The notes under the pieces are model-generated. The model was given only the letters and a program-made list of their open reading frames with translations. It had not been told where the DNA came from and did not search any database. This document shows, in pieces, positions 56,170 to 64,000 of a stretch of DNA of 64,000 bases (the first letter of the stretch is position 1; the number at the start of each line of letters is the position of its first letter). The position numbers and the translations under genes were made by a program. Source of the DNA: an uncultured Bdellovibrionales bacterium (lineage in GTDB: Bacteria; Patescibacteriota; Minisyncoccia; Moranbacterales; GWC2-37-73); NCBI GenBank assembly GCA_964609855.1, contig CAZSTB010000001.1:119170-183169 (forward strand), read 5' to 3'.

Positions 56170-57529
56170 AAGAGGCATTGAATTTGTTAGCAAGAATCCC
56201 ACCATTATATCTTCACTGATACTTATTTTTGTTGTTGTTTCCGCAATTTTTTTGAATTCTTTTTTTACATTAAACAAATTTCAGGAAAATTTAGATACAA
56301 CTCTTAGGACAAAAGCAGTTTTAGCTGAGAATGTTTTAGGAATTGCGGCCGATAAATATTTTTCAGATATCAAAAATAATGCGCCTGAGCTGGAAACAAA
56401 AATAAATGCCATTCGTCAACAAAGTTCTGAAGTTTCAGAAATAACGATTTATGTTTTTAATGATGAGAAAAAAGATTTTGTGCCGCTTATCTCTACTGAA
56501 CATAATGAAAACAATCCAACTTCTTCTGAGACGGATTTGGTTGCGCAAAATGCGCGCAAATTTGCAGGATCAGTGAATGACGCTTTTGCATATGTGAGTA
56601 ATTTCGAAGGAGAGCGTTTTTGGAATGTAGTTAAGGCGCTGCGGTTGCCTGACGGGAATGTTGCAGGAATTTTATCAATGAAATTTTCTTTAGCTAAATC
56701 GGATGAATTAGTAAGAGAAACGATCCTGCGGGTTTATGCACTTTCGGTTGGCGCTGTAATTGTGGTACTACTTTTGATGTTGAATCATATCAGACTTTTT
56801 ACTTTTGAAATTAAAGCAAAAAAACTGGAAGAGATTGATAAAATGAAAGATGATTTCATTTCTATGGCTTCCCATGAGCTTAAAAGTCCGTTAACGGCAA
56901 TCAGCGGATATACGGATTTACTTGTGGATACAATTTCCTGTGAATCCGAAAAAGCAGTTGCACTGCAGCAACGGAAATATTTAGATAACATAAATATTTC
57001 CGTAGATAGGCTTAAGACATTGGTGGAAGATTTATTGGTGGTTTCCAGAATCGAACAAAATAGGTTGCCTGTTGAATGTGTGAACATGAACGCTACAAAT
57101 ATTGCTGGACAAATTATTGATGAAATGAAAGTTACCTCAGATCAGAAAGGGCTATTGCTTAAAAAATCTCTATCCGAGGTTTCGAATGTCTTGGCTGACC
57201 CTGAACGAGTTAAACAGATCATGGTAAACCTACTTAGTAATGCGATAAAATACACTGAAAAAGGTACAGTGGAAATTATTTCAAAGGAGGATGCGGAAGC
57301 GGTTTATATAACCGTCGCTGACACAGGCATGGGTATTTCGGCAGAAAATATGCAACAGCTTTTTTCCAAGTTCTATCGCGTGAAAAACTCCCAGACAATG
57401 CAAATTTCCGGAACTGGACTTGGTCTTTGGATTGCGCGTGAAATTGCCCAAAAGATGGGCGGAAATCTTACTGTGGAGAGTATTGAAGGCGTGGGGTCGC
57501 ATTTCACCCTTAAATTGAAAAAAAATTAA
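56153..57529 (+). CDS. Sensor histidine kinase (2 TM with extracytoplasmic sensor; HisKA + HATPase_c), no cognate response regulator in window
   Basis: H-box SHELKSPLTAISGY. N box LLSNAIKYT, G1 DTGMGI, G2 GTGLGLWIA. 17 bp overlap with the upstream gene. Confidence 0.85.
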   Translation: MKKFLKRGIEFVSKNPTIISSLILIFVVVSAIFLNSFFTLNKFQENLDTTLRTKAVLAENVLGIAADKYFSDIKNNAPELETKINAIRQQSSEVSEITIYVFNDEKKDFVPLISTEHNENNPTSSETDLVAQNARKFAGSVNDAFAYVSNFEGERFWNVVKALRLPDGNVAGILSMKFSLAKSDELVRETILRVYALSVGAVIVVLLLMLNHIRLFTFEIKAKKLEEIDKMKDDFISMASHELKSPLTAISGYTDLLVDTISCESEKAVALQQRKYLDNINISVDRLKTLVEDLLVVSRIEQNRLPVECVNMNATNIAGQIIDEMKVTSDQKGLLLKKSLSEVSNVLADPERVKQIMVNLLSNAIKYTEKGTVEIISKEDAEAVYITVADTGMGISAENMQQLFSKFYRVKNSQTMQISGTGLGLWIAREIAQKMGGNLTVESIEGVGSHFTLKLKKN

Positions 57530-57633
57530 ACGCGATACGAAACTACGAATTCATTCGAATATGACGAATGGAATGCAAGAATCTAAATTTGTAGATTCGC
57601 AATAATTTGTAGATTCGAATCGGTTAGATATTT

Positions 57634-58344
57634 ATGAATAAACAACAAAAAATAGCAATCTTTGATATTGATGGAACAATTTTTCGCAAAAATCTACAGT
57701 TTGAACTGATTAATGAAATGTCATGGATGGATATTTTTCCGCGCAAAGTCAGAGACCAAATCGTCACCTTATACACGAACTGGATTGAGCATAAGGGTAC
57801 ATATGAGCAATATAGGGCAGGGCTGGTGGATTTATATGAGAAATATATTTGCGGTTGTAGGCTTACTGATGTGCAGCGAGCCAGTAAGGCTGTTGTTTCC
57901 TTTCATCAAGATAGGACTTATGTTTTTGCAGAAAAGATTATTTCCAAGCTTAGAAAAGAGGGCTATCATTTGATTGCGATTTCTGGTTCGCCGATTGAAA
58001 TTGTACGCGAATATGACGTTAAGCATCTTAAATTCGATGCTGTCTTTGGCAGCGTATACGACATCGATGCCAAAGGAAAGTATACCGGCAAGACTGATTA
58101 CGAACCAGTGCAGCATAAGGGCGCTCTTGTAAAGCAATATGTTTACGAGCATGATTTAACGCTTGAAGACTCTTACGGCATGGGTGATACTGAATCTGAT
58201 GCTAGTTTTTTGGAGCTTGTGGCTAATCCGATTGCTTTCAATCCTAACGAGAATCTTAGAGCAATTGCAGAAGCCAAGGGATGGAGAATAGTTGTGGAAA
58301 AGAAAGATGTCATTTATGATATGACTAGCTGCGTATTAATATGA
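57634..58344 (+). CDS. HAD-superfamily hydrolase (HAD-IB/phosphoserine-phosphatase-like)
   Basis: IFDIDGTIF motif I, ISGS motif II, GDTESD motif IV. Confidence 0.75.
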   Translation: MNKQQKIAIFDIDGTIFRKNLQFELINEMSWMDIFPRKVRDQIVTLYTNWIEHKGTYEQYRAGLVDLYEKYICGCRLTDVQRASKAVVSFHQDRTYVFAEKIISKLRKEGYHLIAISGSPIEIVREYDVKHLKFDAVFGSVYDIDAKGKYTGKTDYEPVQHKGALVKQYVYEHDLTLEDSYGMGDTESDASFLELVANPIAFNPNENLRAIAEAKGWRIVVEKKDVIYDMTSCVLI

Positions 58345-58778
58345 AAATAATGCAATAATATGACACTCAACGAATTCCTTGAAAAGAAAATTATTAAAAG
58401 ATTCCTTTGGCTTTGGTTGCCAATCCATGCATTTCGGCGTCTCACTAAGGAGATTAAGAATAAATGAGTCAGGTTTAAGTTGCAATAAGTTTATTGGCAT
58501 GCGTGAGAATCTTACGCGAAAATATTGGTAGTTATCATTGTTTCTTACCGTTGATGATTTTATCCTTAGATTGGATCACTAAATTTATTGCACTGGAGGC
58601 TTTAAAAAACTTGGCAGAACTTCTAATATTAGCTAGTTGCTAAGATTATCCTGAGAAAAAAAGAATATACAACAATCCTATTACTTGTGGGTCATATTGC
58701 TTATTGAGAGTCATGGAATTTTAAAAAAATTCTGAAATATGCTATAATCTAAAAAGTTAGTTTGGCTTAAGATTATAA

Positions 58779-60035
58779 GTGAAAAATATGTTAGGCAAAA
58801 TAAAAAATTTCTTCAAAGACCATTATCACATCCTTTTCAAATCTGCAGCAGTCAATCACTTGCGTATTCAGGAAATCTTGAAAAGCCCTGATGGGACATA
58901 TAATCTGACTGTAAAGTTCGGATCATATTCCGAGCTTAAAAAATATCAGCGAAAAATGAGAAGGCTCACGATCAGTCTTTCTTCAGCAGTGGCGATGGTT
59001 GTCGTGGCTCTTGTTGTTGCGCCCTATGTCATGAATCCAAACAGATCAAGCGCTTCAAATTTTTTGTGGACGCAGAATTCCTGGACCACACAATCTAACG
59101 CTGCCAAAACTTATCCTTCTAATGGAGGGGTTGAATATGTTTCAAAAACTACCAACATTGATTTGACTGGCGGAAAAATAGCCATGGCAACTCCAACCGT
59201 GGCGAGTACGGGTGATTCGAGTTATTCAACTGCACCGGACGGATTTTATCTGGATGGCAGCGCCCGCGTTTTGAAAAAAGTTCAAGGTGCGACATGTGGA
59301 GGTGTTGGAGAATGTAAATCAGGACTTTGCACAAATGGAACTTGTTGCAATGATGCTTGCTGCGGAGTTTCTTCCATTACGGATAATCGCGATACTAATA
59401 ATCCGACTTATGAAACTGTCGCACTTGGAACACAATGTTGGCTGAAAAGAAATTTGAATGTAGGAACGATGATAGGTTCGAAATTAGCTGACAATGTGAC
59501 CTATCAAAATCAAGCAAACAACTCCATTGTTGAAAAATATTGCTTTAATTATGTCAAACAAGGGGATGCAACTCAAATAGCTACGGGAAACAGTAATTGC
59601 GCATCGTACGGAGGACTTTATCAATGGCCCGAGGCAAACGCTTTGTCTGCCAGTTGCATTTCGACAAGTTGCGCTGTGCCAAGTCCGAATCAGGGGATCT
59701 GTCCCGCTGGTTGGCATGTTCCGACGGATGCGGAAATTAAAACTTTGGAAATGCATTTTGGTATGTCTCAGACAGATGCTGATGGAACTGGTTGGCGAGG
59801 AACGGTGTCTGCCTCATTTAGGACTGGGCTTAATATTTTATCTGCAGCTGGGTATTTCAGCCAGTCAAGCATGGCTTTTTCTAATAATGGTGGTACGAAT
59901 ACAGGGTTAGCAACCGCTACTGAAAATAGCACAACTACTGCATGGTATCGCGAGCTTAATAGCTCTCTTGCCGGTATACAACGTGGTATTCCATCAAAAA
60001 TATCAGCGTATCCATTAAGGTGTGTCAAGAATTAG
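58779..60035 (+). CDS. Secreted protein with Cys-rich segment and C-terminal FISUMP-type domain (Fibrobacter succinogenes major paralogous domain, TIGR02145-like)
   Basis: CPAGWHVPTDAEIKTLE and terminal YPLRCVKN fit the FISUMP signature. CGGVGECKSGLCTNGTCCNDACCG cluster. N-terminal TM/signal. Confidence 0.55.
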   Translation: MKNMLGKIKNFFKDHYHILFKSAAVNHLRIQEILKSPDGTYNLTVKFGSYSELKKYQRKMRRLTISLSSAVAMVVVALVVAPYVMNPNRSSASNFLWTQNSWTTQSNAAKTYPSNGGVEYVSKTTNIDLTGGKIAMATPTVASTGDSSYSTAPDGFYLDGSARVLKKVQGATCGGVGECKSGLCTNGTCCNDACCGVSSITDNRDTNNPTYETVALGTQCWLKRNLNVGTMIGSKLADNVTYQNQANNSIVEKYCFNYVKQGDATQIATGNSNCASYGGLYQWPEANALSASCISTSCAVPSPNQGICPAGWHVPTDAEIKTLEMHFGMSQTDADGTGWRGTVSASFRTGLNILSAAGYFSQSSMAFSNNGGTNTGLATATENSTTTAWYRELNSSLAGIQRGIPSKISAYPLRCVKN

Positions 60036-60054
60036 AGTAATAAGAATAAAAAAT

Positions 60055-60294
60055 ATGTCTAAAAAAATAAAAAACATTTTATCTCTTTCTGTCCTGGTCT
60101 TTGTCGTCGGTTTTGTTGGCGCATTTTTGGGAAAAAGTTTTGAAAAAACCAAACTTGGTCAAAAACTGGAAAAAACCTTTGGCATCAAAAGTGAAAACAA
60201 ATCCGTTGAGACTGCTCAGGCCACAAGTTGCATCGAGCAAGCACAAGAAGAAGACAACAGCGTGATGTTTGTGGGGTGCAATGGGATATTTTAG
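60055..60294 (+). CDS. Small membrane-anchored hypothetical protein
   Basis: MSKKIKNILSLSVLVFVVGFVGAFLG...; internal Met start chosen. Confidence 0.3.
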   Translation: MSKKIKNILSLSVLVFVVGFVGAFLGKSFEKTKLGQKLEKTFGIKSENKSVETAQATSCIEQAQEEDNSVMFVGCNGIF

Positions 60295-60295
60295 G

Positions 60296-60356
60296 GGAAA
60301 TTTCTAATTTTCAATTTTCAATTTCTAAACAATTTCCAATTCATAAATTTTCAATT
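60296..60356. repeat. Left arm of ~55 bp imperfect inverted repeat (TTTTCAATT-motif rich) flanking the four-helix-bundle gene
   Basis: tctaattttcaattttcaatttctaaacaatttccaattcataaattttcaattgc; reverse complement of 60699-60764. Confidence 0.55.
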
Positions 60357-60358
60357 GC

Positions 60359-60715
60359 ATGAATTATGATTTAGAAAATAGAACAAGAAAATTCAGTAAA
60401 GAAATTATTGGATTCTTAAAGCGTTTGAAGAAAGATGATATCAATAAAAGTATGGTTTCTCAGCTAGTAAGGTCTGCAACTAGTGTGGGAGCTAACTATT
60501 GCGAGGCAAATGGTGCAAGCTCCAAGAAAGACTTCAAAAACAAAATATTTATCTGCAGAAAAGAAATTCAGGAAACTAAATACTGGCTTGAACTCATAGC
60601 TGAATCGAATGATGAAGAAAAGGAAAATCTGAAAATTCTTTGGAAAGAAGCTCATGAGCTGACATTAATTTTTAATAAGATATCCTCAACCCTAAATAGT
60701 GAATTGAAAAATTGA
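60359..60715 (+). CDS. Four-helix-bundle protein (TIGR02436 / 23S rRNA intervening-sequence protein family; bAvd-like)
   Basis: QLVRSATSVGANYCEANGASSKKDFKNKIFICRKEIQETKYWLELI matches the family core (QLxRSxxSIgaNIAEG...F..k..ia.kE..ET.yWL.l). Confidence 0.7.
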   Translation: MNYDLENRTRKFSKEIIGFLKRLKKDDINKSMVSQLVRSATSVGANYCEANGASSKKDFKNKIFICRKEIQETKYWLELIAESNDEEKENLKILWKEAHELTLIFNKISSTLNSELKN

Positions 60716-60764
60716 AAATTGATCTATTGTTTGAAAATTGAAAATTAGAAATTGAAAATTAACA
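60699..60764. repeat. Right arm of the inverted repeat; overlaps the stop codon of the four-helix-bundle gene
   Basis: gaattgaaaaattgaaaattgatctattgtttgaaaattgaaaattagaaattgaaaattaac. Confidence 0.55.
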
Positions 60765-60812
60765 AACAGGTTCTCCCTGTTTTTTTATATAAAGTTCCCT
60801 TATAATGAGTCT

Positions 60813-61544
60813 ATGCTCAAGATAAACAATCTCCACGTGAAATACAGAGGCGCAAATACTCCCTCCATCCAGGATGTTTCTTTTGAGGTGGAGAAGGGGG
60901 ATCGAGTTGCAATTTTGGGGCCGTCGGGATGCGGGAAGAGCACGACGTTGAATGCTATCGCGGGACTTTTGGATGAAAAAAATGTTGAAATTAAGGGAGA
61001 AATAAAATGGAATGATATGGAAAAAACTGAGCTCGGCTCCGGAGAGCCCCCTGTTATCCGTATGGTTTTTCAAGAAGCCACACTGCTTCCCTGGAGGACG
61101 GTTGAGAAAAATATCGCTTTCGGTTTGGAAATCAAGAAACTGCCAAAAAATGAAATCAAAAGCAGGGTAGCAGAAATGCTCAGAGTCGTAGGGCTTTTGG
61201 AAAATGCTAAGAGTTATCCGCATGAGCTTTCGGTCGGCATGCAGCAACGGGTGAATTTTGCTCGCGCCCTCGTTTGTGAACCGGAGCTGCTTTTGATGGA
61301 TGAACCATTTTCCGCGTTGGATGTGGAAACCAAGAAAAAACTGCAAGAAGAATTTTCAAGAATCATCAATGAAAAGAAAATGACAACGATTTTCGTGACT
61401 CACAATATCCAAGAAGCGCTTTCCATGTCGGACAATGTCATAACTTTTTCCGCCGCTCCAGCTGTAGTTGAAAACATTTTTGCCAGTACAGCTATTTTTG
61501 GGGGTGATGAGTGTGTTATAAATTTTGAACAATATGAAGGATAA
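60813..61544 (+). CDS. ABC transporter ATP-binding protein (NitT/TauT family)
   Basis: GPSGCGKST, LSVGMQQRVNFARAL, LLMDEPFSALD. Confidence 0.85.
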   Translation: MLKINNLHVKYRGANTPSIQDVSFEVEKGDRVAILGPSGCGKSTTLNAIAGLLDEKNVEIKGEIKWNDMEKTELGSGEPPVIRMVFQEATLLPWRTVEKNIAFGLEIKKLPKNEIKSRVAEMLRVVGLLENAKSYPHELSVGMQQRVNFARALVCEPELLLMDEPFSALDVETKKKLQEEFSRIINEKKMTTIFVTHNIQEALSMSDNVITFSAAPAVVENIFASTAIFGGDECVINFEQYEG

Positions 61545-62298
61545 ATTAATTGAATTTTTTAGTAGGTATGTGCACAGCATACTATCCCTAGCTTTTTTTA
61601 TGTTGGCGTGGCAGGCGCTCATACCATTTTTTGAAAAAGAGCTTTTTTTTAGTACTCCACTGAATATCTTGCATGAAGGGTTTGAACTTATTGTGTCTGG
61701 TTATTTAGCCCCACATCTGATGTTTAGCTTGGGGATGCTGCTGGTTGGTTTTTTGGCGGCACTTATTCTAGGTATAATCTCAGGTATTATTCTTGGTTTG
61801 CACACATGGCTACGTAGCTTTTTAAATCCATATGTGTATCTCCTGAATACTACTCCACTTATCGCAATCATGCCGCTGCTTATCATATGGTTTGGGATAG
61901 GAATTTCTTCCAAAATTTTTATAGTATTTCTTATGGCTTTTGTGCCTATCTTGATCAGTACTATTGAGGGTGTTAAGAATGTTGACGCGTCCAGGATTTC
62001 CATGGCTCGTTCTTTTGGGGCTGGAACGTTTGAGATAATAAAATCTGTTATGTTTTTAGATGCGCTGCCATTTATTATTTCGGGAGCTAGAATTGCGATT
62101 GGTCGGTCATTGATCGGGCTGGTTTTGTCGGAAGCATTTGGTAGTGGAAAGGGTATAGGATATCTCGTTTCTTTTTATGGAATAACGTTTCAGACAAGTA
62201 GGCTTATGTTTATGGTGTTTTTATTTTTTTTCTTAGCATTTGTTGCAAATATGACAGTTTTTGCTTTGGAGAAAAAGATGTTAAGATATAGAAATTAA
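61525..62298 (+). CDS. ABC transporter permease (NitT/TauT family, BPD_transp_1)
   Basis: 6 TM with EAA-like loop (ARSFGAGTFEIIKSVMFLDALP). Confidence 0.8.
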   Translation: MNNMKDKLIEFFSRYVHSILSLAFFMLAWQALIPFFEKELFFSTPLNILHEGFELIVSGYLAPHLMFSLGMLLVGFLAALILGIISGIILGLHTWLRSFLNPYVYLLNTTPLIAIMPLLIIWFGIGISSKIFIVFLMAFVPILISTIEGVKNVDASRISMARSFGAGTFEIIKSVMFLDALPFIISGARIAIGRSLIGLVLSEAFGSGKGIGYLVSFYGITFQTSRLMFMVFLFFFLAFVANMTVFALEKKMLRYRN

Positions 62299-62316
62299 TT
62301 TCAATCAAACTTTCTC

Positions 62317-63303
62317 ATGAAAAAGATAATCTTAATTGTAGTTTTCTTTGTTACTATAAGCTCCGGAATATTTTTTTTGATTTATAATCAAAAGGAAAAG
62401 AAGAATAGTGTGAAAGTTTCAGATAATAAACTTACGATGGTGATTCCCAGGAGTGTGCAAGAGGCAAATTTTTTGTTTGATTTTGCTAATGATAATGGAT
62501 ATTTTGAAAAAGAGGCTCTTCAAGTTGAGCGAGTATATGCAGAACAAAATACTTTTCAAATGTTTATTGCCGGGGGAGCGGACGTGTATTCCGCAGGGGC
62601 AAACAGCGCTGTCATTGCTTATATGAATGGTCAAGAACCTCGAATAATTGCAAGACTAGTGGGGCTTTATAGCACGTATGCCTTAGGAAGGTTTCCTAAG
62701 GACGAAATATCTTCAGTGAAACGCGTAGGCGTTGCAAGTCAGACAAGCGAACTTGTTCCTCAGGCCAAGGATATGCTTGCTCAGATGGGAGCCGATTTGA
62801 ATTTGATTGAGATGATTTCTTTTCCAGATGATAGCCCACGCTTTGCAGCTTTCGAAAGAGGCGATTTGGATTTTGTGGTTCTTAATTCGCCGAGTCTTAT
62901 GGAAAAGATTGATATTAATAAATATCACTTTTTTAAATATGAAGATTTTGAGCAATCTCTTCCTTATGATAAATTCCTGATAACCACTGACGCAGCTATA
63001 CAGGAAAAGGAATCGCAATTGCAAAAACTTGTCTTTGCTTACCGCAAAGCTCTCCTCTATATAGATGGGCATCCCGAGGAAGTTCGCAGATATCTGATTG
63101 AAAAGCATAGCTTTTCAGAAGATAAGGCTAAAAAGTATTACGGTTCGTTTGAATTGGCACACCAAGAGAAAAATGTCATACCGGAAATAAACAAGTTGTC
63201 TCCCTTGATGGAGCAGGTTTCTGCGGACATTAAATTTAAGGAGAAAAGGGCATTGAGTGGCATTATCTATGAAGAATTTGCCAAGAAAGAAATGGCTTTG
63301 TGA
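62317..63303 (+). CDS. ABC substrate-binding protein (NMT1/THI5-like, SsuA/TauA/ThiY family), membrane-anchored
   Basis: N-terminal TM anchor then a periplasmic-binding fold typical of nitrate/sulfonate/HMP binders. Completes the three-gene importer. Confidence 0.7.
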   Translation: MKKIILIVVFFVTISSGIFFLIYNQKEKKNSVKVSDNKLTMVIPRSVQEANFLFDFANDNGYFEKEALQVERVYAEQNTFQMFIAGGADVYSAGANSAVIAYMNGQEPRIIARLVGLYSTYALGRFPKDEISSVKRVGVASQTSELVPQAKDMLAQMGADLNLIEMISFPDDSPRFAAFERGDLDFVVLNSPSLMEKIDINKYHFFKYEDFEQSLPYDKFLITTDAAIQEKESQLQKLVFAYRKALLYIDGHPEEVRRYLIEKHSFSEDKAKKYYGSFELAHQEKNVIPEINKLSPLMEQVSADIKFKEKRALSGIIYEEFAKKEMAL

Positions 63304-63348
63304 AAATAATTTGTTCAGCTTGTGATATAAGATAGCCAACTTTTTTGG

Positions 63349-64000
63349 TTATTTTATATGTGAAATGATGTTCTTGCTTTTAGCTCCCAATGGCCAAGTG
63401 TCTACGAAAGTTATTTCAAGCGGTAGGAAGATATTTTTCGAAATAAAATCTGACAAGGTCATTTTTCCGGAGAGTTGAAGGGAGTTGCTGATCTTTTCTT
63501 TAAGAATTTGTAATAGGAGCTCATCTTTTTTTGAGTTTTCGAATTCTTTTTTCAATTTAAGGTGTAGCTCTAATTGTGGGTAAGGTTTTCCATTGATGGA
63601 TTTTTCTATGATATGTAATTGGAACCGAGGCTCTGCGACATCAGTTATTTTTGCTATTGCTTTCGCAACCAATTCTGAATATATGATCGCGCCATGTGTT
63701 TTTAATGCATCAAATCCCATTCTCCCTTCGATTGAGAAAAAGATATCATTTCCGCATGGACATAGTTTTCGATTTAGAGAGCCGGCATCACTCAGCTTGT
63801 AGCGGATTAAGGGAAAAGGTTTTTTCTTAAGGTCGGTGTGAATCATTTCCCCAACTTCTTTGAATGGGGTGAGATTACCTTCTTCATCAACTATTTCAAT
63901 AAGCTCCACTTGTTTGTCTATATGAAAAATACCAGGCCCTTCATTCTTGGTTAAATTTTGACATCTGAAATGGCGTGATCCTCCGCCTATTTCAGAATTT
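63349..64000 (-). CDS. Phenylacetate-CoA ligase (PaaK)/coenzyme F390 synthetase-family adenylate-forming enzyme, C-terminal part only (5' end beyond window)
   Basis: Minus-strand frame is open to nt 64000. C-terminal domain pattern PLIRYKLSDAGSL...CPCG...IEGRMGFDALKTHGAIIY fits the PaaK C-terminal domain. Confidence 0.6.
   Translation of the reverse strand, partial: NSEIGGGSRHFRCQNLTKNEGPGIFHIDKQVELIEIVDEEGNLTPFKEVGEMIHTDLKKKPFPLIRYKLSDAGSLNRKLCPCGNDIFFSIEGRMGFDALKTHGAIIYSELVAKAIAKITDVAEPRFQLHIIEKSINGKPYPQLELHLKLKKEFENSKKDELLLQILKEKISNSLQLSGKMTLSDFISKNIFLPLEITFVDTWPLGAKSKNIISHIK

Noticed and set aside
57530-57633. Possible tRNA suggested by ttcgaat T-loop-like strings
   Set aside because: No acceptor stem, anticodon arm or D-loop pairing can be built. 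The sequence is a direct repeat of aatttgtagattcg instead.
58779-60764. Diversity-generating retroelement, considered because of the Avd-like four-helix-bundle gene next to a secreted FISUMP-domain protein
   Set aside because: No reverse transcriptase ORF and no template/variable repeat pair is detectable in the window.

Overview
This 64 kb window is AT-rich (about 35-38% GC by eye) and gene-dense, with short intergenic regions and many small hypothetical membrane or secreted proteins. The gene content resembles a reduced Patescibacteria/CPR-like genome, but that placement is inferred from gene content alone.

Recognisable housekeeping genes:
- The 3' part of an ABC-F ATPase, and a cold-shock protein.
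- Four translation/ribosome-biogenesis GTPases: RsgA, Obg, EngB and TypA/BipA.
- MsrB/MsrA, RarA, a tRNA-dihydrouridine synthase, Lgt, an RRM RNA-binding protein, and a HAD hydrolase.
- Two efflux systems: an ECF-sigma-linked HlyD/MacB/FtsX set and a MarR/adaptor/RND set.
- A NitT/TauT-type ABC importer, and the truncated 3' end of a PaaK-like adenylate-forming ligase at the right edge.

Accessory or unusual content:
- A hyaluronan-synthase-like polysaccharide locus (23.2-28.2 kb). It has a short Ugd-family dehydrogenase, a processive GT2 synthase fused to LysM and a right-handed beta-helix, and a BNR beta-propeller protein. A terminator-isolated radical SAM/SPASM-like enzyme sits immediately upstream.
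- Three divergent GH73-like (ESxWG) peptidoglycan-hydrolase paralogs with lysine-rich N-termini.
- A three-member family of small secreted beta-rich proteins, two of them inside the ECF sigma/MacAB locus.
- A SET-domain protein, a PPPLP-repeat protein, and a surface protein made of four copies of a 4-Cys module that overlaps an orphan histidine kinase.
- A four-helix-bundle (Avd/23S-IVS-like) gene flanked by about 55 bp inverted repeats.
- A three-copy MITE-like inverted-repeat element family, and an iteron-like repeat block in the MarR divergent promoter region.
- A strong promoter feeding about 500 bp of hairpin-rich sequence with no ORF.

No tRNA, rRNA or CRISPR array could be supported.
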